A DNA stretch of 64,000 bases from an uncultured Chthonomonadaceae bacterium (lineage in GTDB: Bacteria; Armatimonadota; Chthonomonadetes; Chthonomonadales; Chthonomonadaceae), in NCBI GenBank assembly GCA_963817895.1, contig CAWFQB010000001.1, positions 1,634,021 through 1,698,020 on the forward strand, written 5' to 3'. The translations under genes were made by a program, and so were the position numbers. Within the stretch, counting starts at the first letter, position 1. The number at the start of each line of letters is the position of its first letter. The notes under the pieces were generated by a model. That model was given only the letters and a program-made list of their open reading frames with translations. It made no database searches and was not told the origin of the DNA. This document shows positions 21,030 to 30,650 of this stretch, piece by piece.

Positions 21030-21657
21030 ATGCCATTTGCGCCATTCAAAAAAGGGGATCAGGCGAACTCGCCTTATCGTTCGGCTACCGACCAGGCGTT
21101 AATTGCCGCCTGTCTTGCGGGCAAGGCGGATGCCTGGGACGCGCTTATCAGCCGGTACGCGGCCCTCATCTATTCCGTATGCCTGCGCGCGGGCGTGTCG
21201 CAGTCCGAACGCCGAGGATGTGTTCCAGAATGTCTGTATTATTCTGCTGAACCATCTGGCGGATTTACGCGACATCGCCAAAATTTCCGGCTGGCTCATC
21301 TCGACGACAAAGCGCGAGGCATGGCGCATCGCGCGTCGGCGCGGGGCTGTCCTGGCTTCCGAACTGGGCGAGGGTGAATGGGAGATGGAGAGTGGCGAAA
21401 GCGTTGGATCGCAAACCGCAGGCGCAAATCCTGAGACTGAAGCCGTCGCGCTGGCAGAACAGCAGTTGATGCGGGAAGCCTTGCAGCGTCTGCCCGACCG
21501 TTGCCGGGAACTGCTGACCCAGTTGTACATGGCCGAAAATCCGCTCAGTTACCAGGAGCTTGGGGCAAAGTTCGCGCTTCCCGTCGGCAGTATCGGCCCA
21601 ACCCGCGCCCGCTGCCTGCAAAACCTGCGCACAATCCTTCAGGAACTCGGCTACTGA
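21030..21657 (+). CDS. ECF RNA polymerase sigma factor; single extra base near 21208
   Basis: DQALIAACLAGKADAWDALISRY, then AEDVFQNV..ILL (region 2) and LPDRCRELL...SYQELG....PVGSIGPTRARCL (region 4). Confidence 0.9.
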
Positions 21658-21918
21658 GATGGTTTGCGCTTCTTCATTCTCGCGTTTTCATCAACGCTGA
21701 TTGCGCGCCACGTCCGATTACCGCGACATTCTGGCCGAAGTCGTCGCCTGCCGCCTCGATAACTTCGATCTCGGCTTCGTCTTTCGCGGCGTGACAAAAT
21801 AGCCGAACGGAAATAAGAAACGCCTCCTGCCGGAATGGGCAAGAGACGTTTTTAGTTTCAAAATGGTGGCTCCCTCTCATGGTATAATGGGAAAACAATC
21901 TGGAAAGGAGGAGCATTT

Positions 21919-22227
21919 ATGAACACAAATCTGGTTGTTGAGATGGTTGGCGGCGAACCGTATGAGTTCGAGCCGTTGGGACACTACATTGTTCGCGCCG
22001 TCGGGGTTTGTGGCGGGCGTCCGACGGTCAAGTATACCCGCATCGAAATGTCTCATCTGCTGGATCGGGTGGCTCACGGCGATAGCATCGAAGAGATTGC
22101 GGGCAATTACAGCGGGCGTGTTTCCCGTGAAGCCGTTGCTGAAGCCATGGAAATCACCAATCGCTTTTTTGCCGCATCGTTGTCGCCGCTGATACCGGAA
22201 ACAACCGCCCTGGTAAACCGCGCATGA
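21919..22227 (+). CDS. DUF433-domain putative antitoxin
   Basis: VCGGRPTVKYTRI......G.SIEEIA.NY...SREAVAEA. Confidence 0.85.
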   Translation: MNTNLVVEMVGGEPYEFEPLGHYIVRAVGVCGGRPTVKYTRIEMSHLLDRVAHGDSIEEIAGNYSGRVSREAVAEAMEITNRFFAASLSPLIPETTALVNRA

Positions 22228-22589
22228 TTGTTTTAGACGAGCATCTGCAAAGCAAAGGTTTAGAAGACGAGATAAGGAACTGGTACGCGGGGACTGTGAT
22301 GAGTGTATTGGATTTGCGTCCCGACACCGTGATTAAAGATGAGGCGATGCCGGGTTTGCTCGCCCAACAGAACCAACCGACATTCGTCACGATTAACGTA
22401 ACCGATTTTTGGCAGCGCGTTCCCGCTTCGGAGAAATTCTGTCTCGTCTGTGTTGCCGTGACAAGTTCGGAGATAATTGACATTCCTTCGCTGCTGCGAC
22501 GATTATTGAAACACAAGGATTTCGATACCAAAGCGAAACGAACCGAAAAGTCGCGCGAATCACGAGCCAGGGCAACGCTGCTTTTATAG
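22224..22589 (+). CDS. PIN-like (DUF5615-type) putative toxin; C-terminus probably affected by an indel near 22545
   Basis: MIVLDEHL, IKDE, FVTINVTDF; ATGA overlap with the DUF433 gene. Confidence 0.7.
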   Translation: MIVLDEHLQSKGLEDEIRNWYAGTVMSVLDLRPDTVIKDEAMPGLLAQQNQPTFVTINVTDFWQRVPASEKFCLVCVAVTSSEIIDIPSLLRRLLKHKDFDTKAKRTEKSRESRARATLLL

Positions 22590-22655
22590 TGTTGTGAAAA
22601 GGGAGCCTCATCCTGTTGATAATTTCTGAAGAGGCTGGTTAAAAGGGAGGTTATT

Positions 22656-23719
22656 AGATACTCCGACAAATAAGTTTGGATTTATTCTTGGCGCGGGTAG
22701 AATAGACGTATGAACCTTCACGAACTTGGCCGCTATCCCGAAAACAAAGTCCGTTCGCTCTTCGGACTACCCCACGCCGCCTTAGCTGAACTCTTCCTGG
22801 CAGCGCTTCCCGAAATCGAGCGCCGTCGCCAACAAGAACAGGCCAACAAGCCCACGCGCCGCCGCAAGGTGGGAGGCGGCCGCAAACGCCTGCTCAAGCC
22901 CTACCAGGAAGTGTTGCTGACGCTGCTGTACCTGCGCCACAACGTCGCCTTCTCTGTGGTGGGCATGCTGTTTGGCGTCAGCGCCGATGTGGCGGAGAAC
23001 ACCTTCCATGAGATTGTCGGCGTCCTCAAAGACGTGTGTCCGGCCAACCGCTGGGAAGCGGAGAAACGCTGGACCAAGAAAGAACCCTCCTGGAAGCCCG
23101 AGGAGGTGGATCAGGTGATTGTGGATAGTTTCGAGACGCCGGTTCCGCGTCCCTCGATTGAACCCAAGCAACGCGCCTTCTACTCGGGCAAGAAGAAAGA
23201 CCACACGCTCAAGACCGAGGTCATCACCAACCGCAATGGCGACATTCTTGATGTGGATGCGGGCTATCGCGGCCCGAAGTCGGACAAGAAAGTGCATGAG
23301 CAGAGTACGGTTGCCAAGCAGTTTCCCCATGCGACGGTCAAAGGCGATCTGGCCTATCAAGGCTTACCCCACAGCGAAGTGCCGCACAAGAAGCCACGCG
23401 GAGGCGCGTTGAGCGCTGTGCAGAAAGAAGAGAACCGCGCCTTTTCCTCAGGGCGTGTGCGTGTCGAACATAGTATCCGGCGCGTCAAAGCGTTTCGGAT
23501 GGTGCGTGATGAATATCGTCTGGCGACGGGATTGTTCCGTCGCACTTGCTTCTGTGTGGTGGGTCTGGTGCAATTGATCGCGCTGACACGCGAGCCGCAA
23601 GGCGCGTAAGCCGGGAAAAGTAAACGCGGAAAAAGGGTTTTCGACGGGTGGAGTGTGTCTGCTCCACCTGAGCGCTAGCCTGCCTCAAAACAGCCTATAT
23701 ACTATTTGTCGGAGTATCT
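22656..23719 (+). mobile_element. IS5-family (ISL2/IS702-like) insertion sequence
   Basis: Perfect TIRs AGATACTCCGACAAATA / TATTTGTCGGAGTATCT; flanking ATT duplication (TATTA if the TIR is taken 1 bp shorter); one transposase ORF. Confidence 0.9.
22710..23609 (+). CDS. Transposase (HTH_Tnp_4 + DDE_Tnp_4 type)
   Basis: GGGRKRLL, LLYLRHN, IVDSFETPV.RP, YSGKKK.HTLK, GDLAYQG, RVRVEHSIRRVK. Confidence 0.92.
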   Translation: MNLHELGRYPENKVRSLFGLPHAALAELFLAALPEIERRRQQEQANKPTRRRKVGGGRKRLLKPYQEVLLTLLYLRHNVAFSVVGMLFGVSADVAENTFHEIVGVLKDVCPANRWEAEKRWTKKEPSWKPEEVDQVIVDSFETPVPRPSIEPKQRAFYSGKKKDHTLKTEVITNRNGDILDVDAGYRGPKSDKKVHEQSTVAKQFPHATVKGDLAYQGLPHSEVPHKKPRGGALSAVQKEENRAFSSGRVRVEHSIRRVKAFRMVRDEYRLATGLFRRTCFCVVGLVQLIALTREPQGA

Positions 23720-23777
23720 ATTAGCTTTCCTTTGCATCATGGTATAATGCAAAACGAACTGGAAAGGAGTCGCCACA

Positions 23778-24020
23778 ATGGAAAAATGCGAACTCTCCCC
23801 TGAAGCGCAACGCGAACGATTGGCGATTCAAGCCTCGAATAGCCATCTTCACGCGGAACGCCTTGCATGGGAAGAAAGAGCCAGAAGATTGGAAGCTCTG
23901 CTGTCGCGTAAGGAAGAGATGGTACGCCGTCAGCAAGAATTTCTCGCGGAGATTCAGGCCGAACGTCAGGCTATTGAAGCCGAATATCAGCGTATTTGCG
24001 GCGCAAGTATCTCTGCCTGA
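23778..24020 (+). CDS. Small coiled-coil protein
   Basis: TGnTATAAT and GGAAAGGAG RBS upstream; TGATG coupling to the HNH gene. Confidence 0.65.
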   Translation: MEKCELSPEAQRERLAIQASNSHLHAERLAWEERARRLEALLSRKEEMVRRQQEFLAEIQAERQAIEAEYQRICGASISA

Positions 24021-24235
24021 TGCGAAATGAACTACGTCAACGGGCGCAGCGCCGTTTTGATTTTCGCTGCGGCTACTGCGGAGTGCGTGACACAGAGGCT
24101 GGCGCGCGACTTACCATCGATCATTTTCAGCCACGCGCTCAGGGAGGCGATGACGATTTTGATAATCTGGTCTACTGTTGTCATGCCTGCAACGAGTTCA
24201 AGGGCGATCACTGGATTCGCATTATGCCAACGTAA
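24020..24235 (+). CDS. HNH endonuclease, probably 3'-truncated
   Basis: RCGYCG...LTIDHFQPRAQGG.DD.DNLVYCCHACNEFKG; ends by running into the convergent GH116 stop. Confidence 0.8.
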   Translation: MRNELRQRAQRRFDFRCGYCGVRDTEAGARLTIDHFQPRAQGGDDDFDNLVYCCHACNEFKGDHWIRIMPT

Positions 24236-27200
24236 CCGTCAACGTTTCTCCCGCATTGAGAACGAGGCTTGACGCGAGGGTGACAACCGCTTTGCCGTCC
24301 TGCATGGCGACGGTTGCGGGAACGGTTTTGCCGTTGTGTTTGGCGGTTGCTTTGCTGAATTGGCCCTGTACGGCAAGCGTGTTTACTTTCAGTTTGCCGT
24401 GCCGGAGGGTGACTTCCGCTTTCAGAGTTTTGCCCTGCTTTTGCTGCGCGAAGGTTCCCCAACCCTCGGCGGCGGTAAACGCGGCGCGGAAGTTTTCGGA
24501 CTGCCAGCGTGGGGCAAAACTCAAATGCCCCTTCGGGCCGTGAACTTCAAAACCGCAGGCCGTGATGTAGGAGCCGTAACTTGCCATCGCGCGGGAATAG
24601 TGGTCGCTGCACTCGATCTCGTTGTAGGGGTTGCGGCGGCTTGCATGGTAGCGGTCGTGGATGGCGCGGGTGACGGCTAATCCCTCCTGAGTCAGCCCCT
24701 CCGCGATCATGTGGCTGGCCGCCTGATGCTCGAAGCCGCTCATGCACTCGTTGAAATAGCCGTACTGCCAGTCTTTCACATTGCCGAACGCATCCGGCAG
24801 CTCCTTGGGGTTGGTGGACATAATCAGGCCGCCGTCACCGGCAACCGCATACGGACGCCCTGCCGGGTTTTTGCGCCGGAACGCGCCGACATCGGGCGCG
24901 AAGTTGTATTTGTACAACGCTCGTAACGCGCTGACGGTTTTCGCTTTGTCCAGAATACGCCCCGCCCCGACCTGCCACGCCCACGATTGCCCGTGTACCT
25001 GATCTATGTGGCACGTATCGTAGGTTCCGAGTGTCCGTTCGCGCCCCGGTTCCGGCTTCTGGATGAAATACTCGCCGTTGTACAATTGCGCTTCAAGGGC
25101 TTGCTGTGTTTGCAGGCATTTCTCCTTACAAAGTAGGGCAAACTCGCTGTCGTTCATGTCCGCCGCCATTGTTTCGCAGGCGCGTAAAGCCGCCGCGTAC
25201 AGCGAACTTATCCACGCGATTTTGCCGAACCATGCGGCGTCTAAGGTATTTTCCTGCGCCCCGTCCAGCAGTCCATCGCCGTTGGCGTCGTGGTGGATAA
25301 GGAACTGCATGGCTTTTTTCACATTGGGCCAGATGCGGCGCAGAAACGCATCGTCCGCGCTCATCTGGTGTTCGCGCAGCGCGCCCAGTATTCGCCCGCA
25401 CTGCCCATCTACCGCCGGCCCGGTTCCCTCGCCCCGGTAGTTTATCATGCCGGAATGGGTGTCCAGAGCCACGCCGAAATCTACGTGTTCCCGCGTGAAT
25501 CGCTCCAGTTCGGGGAAGATTCTGCCCGGAGCCTGCGCGTAGTGCCAGACGTGGGTACAGGTTCCCTCGCAGCAGCCAATCCCCTCCCAACCCCAGAACC
25601 GCCCCGTCTGAAACCGGTGCGCGGTACTCGTCGCCAGAATGGACGTGTTGACAAACGTTCGATCCAGAAACCAGTGGGGCAGAGTGGAGTCGTACCACGT
25701 TTCATGCCACAGTTTGGTGGCTTTGCTCAGGCGCGAATGTTCTTTCGCCACATACGCGGCAACGTCCCGCGCGCTCGCAAAGCGTTTGGCGTAGTGGTTG
25801 CCGGAACGGGCGTCGGGAACCGGCAGGCCGTTGTTGGGGAAATTCCACGCGACGACAAAGGTAACGGTCTGTGATTTTCCGGGCGCGAGTTCAACGTCGC
25901 GGGTGATGCCGCCGATAAGCGATTTGCCCAAATCCACGCGGGCAAAGCCGCCGGGAACATGGCTGTCGAACAGCGTTTCCGGCGTAAGGTTGGCATGGCC
26001 GTTACCGCCGTCCAGAAGGGCAAGCGCCATCGTTCCCCAATCGCGCGCCCGCTCTAAGGGAACATCCCGGCGCGGATCGTTCGTTTGCAGGATGCTGCCG
26101 ACGCCGATGTTACCCCATGCGCCCCTGCCCGTGTCGTAGATTTCAAGGGTCGCCTGCTTGTTGAGAAATTCGCGGACATCCCACGCTTCCGCCCGCATCC
26201 GGTTGTTGTCCTGCCCCGCCGCGCGCCGAACGGTTTTGCCGTCTACGACAAGGCGCATGCCGACCTCTTCGACATTGCGCCCGCCGCCGATATAAAATGT
26301 TATATAATCCCGCTGAATGGTAAACGGCGGGCTGATGAGTTTGCCGGTCTGACTGTCTTTTGCGCCCACGTCACTGCCGGGAGCGCTTGCATGGGAATTG
26401 ACGACGTATTTGCCCTCGCCGCCCAGATCGCCCTGATACGCGGGAACCGCAGAGCGCAACAGCGGCCCCGCCCCAAACGCGGTTCCTAACACCGTCCACT
26501 TGCCCCAATCGGCCCGCTGAAAATCCTCTACCGTAATGTCGAGGGGTTTGTTCAGGCCAGTGGGCGGCGTATGCCAGAATTGTGAGAACAGAATGGTTGC
26601 CCCGGCTTCGCTGTGAATTCCGTTGTCATTCTGTCCATCGCCCGGACGGGCGGACGCGCGGGCGCAGACGTTTTCCAGCCAGCCGCCGATTTGCGCTTTC
26701 ACGGGTTTGTCGCTCGCGTTATGCAGCGTGAATTCGCAAACGGTGGCGGGCAGGCTTGAATCGTCGAAGTCGAGCGGAATAAAGGGCGAATACGCTTTCA
26801 GCGTCACCTGAATAGGACACGCGGGATCGGAATACGCGACGGTTCCAATCGGATACTCGCCCACAAACGTAATTTCATCCCATCCGCTTGCATCTAGTGG
26901 ACGGATTTTGCCATCCACTTTCAGCGCGAAGCCCTGTTCCAATGGCGAACGGGGCGGGGCGGGGGACACATAATTCGCGCCATTTTGCGGGTCAACCGTG
27001 ATCTCGTTGCCGTAGCCGTTGAACGGAACGCGGCGGGGTTCAATGCCGTTCTGGTTGGCGTTGAAAATGTCCCACAGCCACAGTTTGCCATCGCCGCCGA
27101 GATACAGGGTTCCGCAGCACAGGCCACCAATGGGCATACCGATGTGCCGCAGTTCGCCCCGTTTTTTGGAATACACGGTGGAACTGCCCCGCGCAGTGAG

Positions 27201-27386
27201 CGACTTTACCCAATCGGGGCGCAGTTTCTTGTCGGGCGGTATCAACGTCTTAAAATCCCCCGCGTCGAACGGCCCCGCCATCGCGGGCGCGTCGGGAAAC
27301 AGGGCGGCGGTTGCGAGCGTCAGGCCGGACAGGGTAATGAAATCCCGGCGCGGCAAGGTGGGCGGTTGGGTTATCTTTGGGTTCAT
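24222..27386 (-). CDS. GH116-family glycoside hydrolase (GBA2-like) with Tat signal and an inserted beta-sandwich domain
   Basis: PRRDFITL twin-arginine motif; IGMPIGG...G..YLGGDG; WEGIGCCEGTCTHVWHY; NPYNEIECSDHYSRAMAS. Confidence 0.85.
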   Translation of the reverse strand: MNPKITQPPTLPRRDFITLSGLTLATAALFPDAPAMAGPFDAGDFKTLIPPDKKLRPDWVKSLTARGSSTVYSKKRGELRHIGMPIGGLCCGTLYLGGDGKLWLWDIFNANQNGIEPRRVPFNGYGNEITVDPQNGANYVSPAPPRSPLEQGFALKVDGKIRPLDASGWDEITFVGEYPIGTVAYSDPACPIQVTLKAYSPFIPLDFDDSSLPATVCEFTLHNASDKPVKAQIGGWLENVCARASARPGDGQNDNGIHSEAGATILFSQFWHTPPTGLNKPLDITVEDFQRADWGKWTVLGTAFGAGPLLRSAVPAYQGDLGGEGKYVVNSHASAPGSDVGAKDSQTGKLISPPFTIQRDYITFYIGGGRNVEEVGMRLVVDGKTVRRAAGQDNNRMRAEAWDVREFLNKQATLEIYDTGRGAWGNIGVGSILQTNDPRRDVPLERARDWGTMALALLDGGNGHANLTPETLFDSHVPGGFARVDLGKSLIGGITRDVELAPGKSQTVTFVVAWNFPNNGLPVPDARSGNHYAKRFASARDVAAYVAKEHSRLSKATKLWHETWYDSTLPHWFLDRTFVNTSILATSTAHRFQTGRFWGWEGIGCCEGTCTHVWHYAQAPGRIFPELERFTREHVDFGVALDTHSGMINYRGEGTGPAVDGQCGRILGALREHQMSADDAFLRRIWPNVKKAMQFLIHHDANGDGLLDGAQENTLDAAWFGKIAWISSLYAAALRACETMAADMNDSEFALLCKEKCLQTQQALEAQLYNGEYFIQKPEPGRERTLGTYDTCHIDQVHGQSWAWQVGAGRILDKAKTVSALRALYKYNFAPDVGAFRRKNPAGRPYAVAGDGGLIMSTNPKELPDAFGNVKDWQYGYFNECMSGFEHQAASHMIAEGLTQEGLAVTRAIHDRYHASRRNPYNEIECSDHYSRAMASYGSYITACGFEVHGPKGHLSFAPRWQSENFRAAFTAAEGWGTFAQQKQGKTLKAEVTLRHGKLKVNTLAVQGQFSKATAKHNGKTVPATVAMQDGKAVVTLASSLVLNAGETLTVTLA

Positions 27387-27403
27387 ATTGATTATAGCCT
27401 GCT

Positions 27404-28396
27404 CTATGCGCGTGGATGGCACTTTTTGTACACGTCTTTGAGGCGGTCGTTGGTGACGCGCGTGTAGATTTCCGTGCTGGAAATGGATTTATGGCCCATC
27501 AGTTCCTGAATGGTGCGCAGATCAGCCCCGTTCGCAAGCAGATGCGTAGCGAACGAGTGGCGCAGGACGTGGGGCGTGACGTTTTCGGTCAGTTCGGCTT
27601 TGGCGGCGTTCACTTTGAGGATTTCGCGCGCGGCCTGCCGCGCGAGTGGACCGCCCTTGCGGTTGGGAAACAGAAACGGACTGCGGGCTTCCGCCAGAGT
27701 CGGGCCTTCGTTTTTGGGCAAACGCTGTCCCCGCTTTTTGGGCGGGGCGGGTTGGGGCGCGGCCAGTCCCTGCTCGTGCGCCTTCACTAACATTCTGCGC
27801 TGGTCCAGATACAGGGCCACATACTCACACGCCACTTTACCAACGGGAACCATGCGTTCGCGCCGCCCCTTGCCGTAGCATTTCACGTTGTGGCCGTCCA
27901 GATCAAGGTCGTCAATGGACAGGCCGCACAATTCGGACACGCGCAGGCCGGTCGCGTACAGCAGTTCGCACATCGCCTTGTCGCGCAGGGAACGGGGATG
28001 GCCGGGGTCGGGCTGACTGAGCAGGCGCTTCATTTTGGCGACGGAAAGCGCGCGCGGCAGGGGACGCGCCTGCTTGCGCCCCCGTATCTCTGCCATAAAA
28101 TCATCTCTGCGCGCGTCGTCAATTACAAGGAACTTGGAAAAACTGTGCAGCGATCCGATTTTGCGGCTCACGCTGGCATCCCGCAGCCCCCTGCCGTCCA
28201 GTTGCGCGATATACGCGAGGGCATGGGATTCCAGCAGGTCGCCGGGTTCGCGCGCCCCACGCTGCATGGCAATCAGCAGAAAATCCTCGACATCCTGCCG
28301 ATACGCCCGCGACGTGTTCGGCGTGACGCCCCGTTCCGCCTCCAGATACGTCGCATAACGCCCCATAATGGTTTGAAAATCTGCCATGTATTGCAC
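27404..28396 (-). CDS. xerD: Site-specific tyrosine recombinase XerD-like
   Basis: LLYATGLRVSEL, GKG..ER.VP, TPHVLRHSFATHLL.GADLR.IQELMGH..ISSTEIYT, HPRA terminus. Confidence 0.85.
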   Translation of the reverse strand: MQYMADFQTIMGRYATYLEAERGVTPNTSRAYRQDVEDFLLIAMQRGAREPGDLLESHALAYIAQLDGRGLRDASVSRKIGSLHSFSKFLVIDDARRDDFMAEIRGRKQARPLPRALSVAKMKRLLSQPDPGHPRSLRDKAMCELLYATGLRVSELCGLSIDDLDLDGHNVKCYGKGRRERMVPVGKVACEYVALYLDQRRMLVKAHEQGLAAPQPAPPKKRGQRLPKNEGPTLAEARSPFLFPNRKGGPLARQAAREILKVNAAKAELTENVTPHVLRHSFATHLLANGADLRTIQELMGHKSISSTEIYTRVTNDRLKDVYKKCHPRA

Positions 28397-28399
28397 CCC

Positions 28400-28486
28400 A
28401 GGGAGTAGGTGGTAGGGAGTAGGGAGTAGGATAATGCCTGCGCTAATGGTTTTTGCTATTCCCCACTCCCTACCACCTACTCCCTA
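28400..28486. repeat. Inverted tandem-repeat hairpin, unit GGGAGTA / TACTCCC, with a mirrored variant unit
   Basis: agggagtaggtggtagggagtagggagtag vs ctattccccactccctaccacctactccct. Confidence 0.85.
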
Positions 28487-29254
28487 CACCAGCCGTTCGC
28501 CCTTCTCCCGAATGGTTCCGCTCAGTTCGCTATCGTCCAATTGAAGAATGTCGAGCAGGGGGTTTTCGGGGCGGGCGGCTTTCCAGATGGGGTTGATGCC
28601 GTTGCCGATGGCGACAATGCGAGCGTGTTCAGGGGGCGCGACGGCCACACCTAAATGCGGAATACCGCCCGCAAACGCCAGCCAGAACCAGTACGCCTCT
28701 GTCGCGCCCTCCGCCTGCGCAACATCGCGCATGGCCTGAAGCGTTTCCTCACTCGGACGCTGTTCCGGCATACCCACGACCGCGATAGTCTGGCTATTGA
28801 GAAGCAGTTCCTGATCGTCACCGGGCAGCAGCCGTTCCGCCACCATCTGATACTCTACGGGGGCCAAACCGTAACTGACCGGCCCGCCCGCGTTGAGCAT
28901 CACGGCGCGGAAATTGCCCTGCCGCGCAAAGCGGCACAAATCTACGGCGGCAATACCGGCATACGCGAGATGCTGTATGGGCGCGAACGCGCGATACGCC
29001 TCCACATCCGTAAAGCCGCACAGCATTTTCCCGTCCCGGTGTTCCAGCACGGCGATTTGCAGATTGGCCTGCCGCGCGCCGCCCCTGCCGGGAGCGGTTT
29101 CGAGAACCGGCACGAGCAGTTGCGCGGTTTGCAGTTCCTGAAGCAGCATCACGCGGATGTCGTCGGGCGCGATAGCCCCCTGATCCAGCAGCAGGCGCAA
29201 TGTGTTGTTATCGGGGGCAGTGGGAGCCAGTTTTGGCAGTTTGCGGCGATTCAT
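28484..29254 (-). CDS. SseB-family protein
   Basis: LLVPV, LCGFTDVEAYRAF, VMLNAGGP, plus a C-terminal SseB_C-like part (IAVVGMPEQRP...EAYW). Confidence 0.65.
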   Translation of the reverse strand: MNRRKLPKLAPTAPDNNTLRLLLDQGAIAPDDIRVMLLQELQTAQLLVPVLETAPGRGGARQANLQIAVLEHRDGKMLCGFTDVEAYRAFAPIQHLAYAGIAAVDLCRFARQGNFRAVMLNAGGPVSYGLAPVEYQMVAERLLPGDDQELLLNSQTIAVVGMPEQRPSEETLQAMRDVAQAEGATEAYWFWLAFAGGIPHLGVAVAPPEHARIVAIGNGINPIWKAARPENPLLDILQLDDSELSGTIREKGERLV

Positions 29255-29353
29255 GTCGTTTTTGAGTTCCTTGCGGCGTAGTATCAACAGCATACCCCAA
29301 AGAGGGGATAAGGGGTATGGGATAAGCAGAGCGGGAACAAGACGTTTCCTGAC

Positions 29354-29914
29354 TTACCGTTCAACGGACGCCGATAGCGATGTTTGCGCTGCTTCCCGCA
29401 TGGCTTCCTGTACCATTTGCGCGTACTCGGGGTCGGTTTGCAGCGAGCGGATAAACTGCTGTTTCAGGGCGGCGCGGTACTGGGCATCCGGCTTGTACAG
29501 GCGTTTGGCGTACTGCACTTCCAGATCGAGCGTTTGCATCCCGCGATAAATGTCCGCGCCCGTCAGCAGAAAGCCGAAGCCAACCGCCGTCAGGCCGCAA
29601 TAAAACAGAATGGTGGCAATGGTGAGGGAATGGCTGCCCGCGAACAGGTTCATCAGCACGAACAGCATCAGGGCGCCGGCCAGCGTCCCTACCGCCATTT
29701 CATTAAAAATATACCGCTGCCGGAACTGGTCAATCTGATCCAGTAAATTCACTCGCCGCAGCATGTCCATATCGGGGTGGTCGTCGTTGATAAGCCGGGT
29801 CGCGCTCCGAACCCGGTCGGACAGGCTGGCATTGCGCGTGGTCAGCATCACGAGCAGGGACGCGCTGCCCAGCATCAGGGGCGTGAACACACTGGAAAAG
29901 AAGGCTTGTTCCAT
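29354..29914 (-). CDS. DUF2721-like membrane protein
   Basis: TPLMLGSASLLVMLTTRNASLSDRVR, three TM helices. Confidence 0.7.
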   Translation of the reverse strand: MEQAFFSSVFTPLMLGSASLLVMLTTRNASLSDRVRSATRLINDDHPDMDMLRRVNLLDQIDQFRQRYIFNEMAVGTLAGALMLFVLMNLFAGSHSLTIATILFYCGLTAVGFGFLLTGADIYRGMQTLDLEVQYAKRLYKPDAQYRAALKQQFIRSLQTDPEYAQMVQEAMREAAQTSLSASVER

Positions 29915-29933
29915 GCTTGCTCCCGTAAGGGGA

Positions 29934-30314
29934 CTACGCGAGGGTGATTTCGCCCTTCTGGAAGTCGAGCGTGAGAATGTGGTTGCGGAGAAAGTCAAGG
30001 CCGAGCAAACCGTCAAGCGAGGCGGATGGTGGAAGGGTACGGGCAATAACGGAGAAGTTGAGCCGTTCCTGTCCCAATGCTTCCAACTTGTTTATAGTAA
30101 CGCGAGAAGTCAATTCAACCTGACTTCCTGTGGTGAAGTTCACCGTTTTCGGCACGGCGTCCGGGTCGTAGCCAATAGCAACCAGTATCTCTTTGCTGAT
30201 AACAGTGGAGGACGCGCCTGTATCAAGCGCGAGACGCGCCCCGTACTCACCCGCAGGCCCGAACAGGCGCGCGTGGACAATAATGAGGCCAAATTGTGGG
30301 TTGAATTGGGTCAT
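29934..30314 (-). CDS. Retropepsin-like aspartyl protease
   Basis: LALDTGASST and DGLLGLDFL motifs. Confidence 0.85.
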   Translation of the reverse strand: MTQFNPQFGLIIVHARLFGPAGEYGARLALDTGASSTVISKEILVAIGYDPDAVPKTVNFTTGSQVELTSRVTINKLEALGQERLNFSVIARTLPPSASLDGLLGLDFLRNHILTLDFQKGEITLA

Positions 30315-30541
30315 AGATTGATGAAAATTTCATTCGGGACCGGGCCGGTGTAAACAGAAGCGGAACTCTTCGGACGCAGTTCTATGGCTTTGGCGTATAT
30401 GTCATCGCGATTTTTGCTGTGACAAAGCACCTTGCCCTGAATTACCTCATTGTTTTGGTCGTATTCCGGGTCTTCTACCAGAATCCACTCGTTATCAAAC
30501 TGTTTTTCGATTTCTGCCAGAGTCAGAATTTTGTTAATCAT
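30311..30541 (-). CDS. Small DUF5678-like protein coupled to the aspartyl protease
   Basis: EIEKQFDNEWILV, GKVLCHSKNRDDIY; ATGA overlap. Confidence 0.65.
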   Translation of the reverse strand: MINKILTLAEIEKQFDNEWILVEDPEYDQNNEVIQGKVLCHSKNRDDIYAKAIELRPKSSASVYTGPVPNEIFINL

Positions 30542-30650
30542 GGGATCGTTTATGGTTCTACTCCTTACGCTCAAACTCTATTCTATTATACCATGAGAGG
30601 CGCGAGGATAGCCTTGCGCGTGACGGTCTATTCCGGCGAACGTCGGGCAA

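Noticed and set aside
21674..21916. Short minus-strand ORF between the ECF and DUF433 genes
   Set aside because: No RBS or recognisable motif and it overlaps the cassette promoter; at most a gene remnant.
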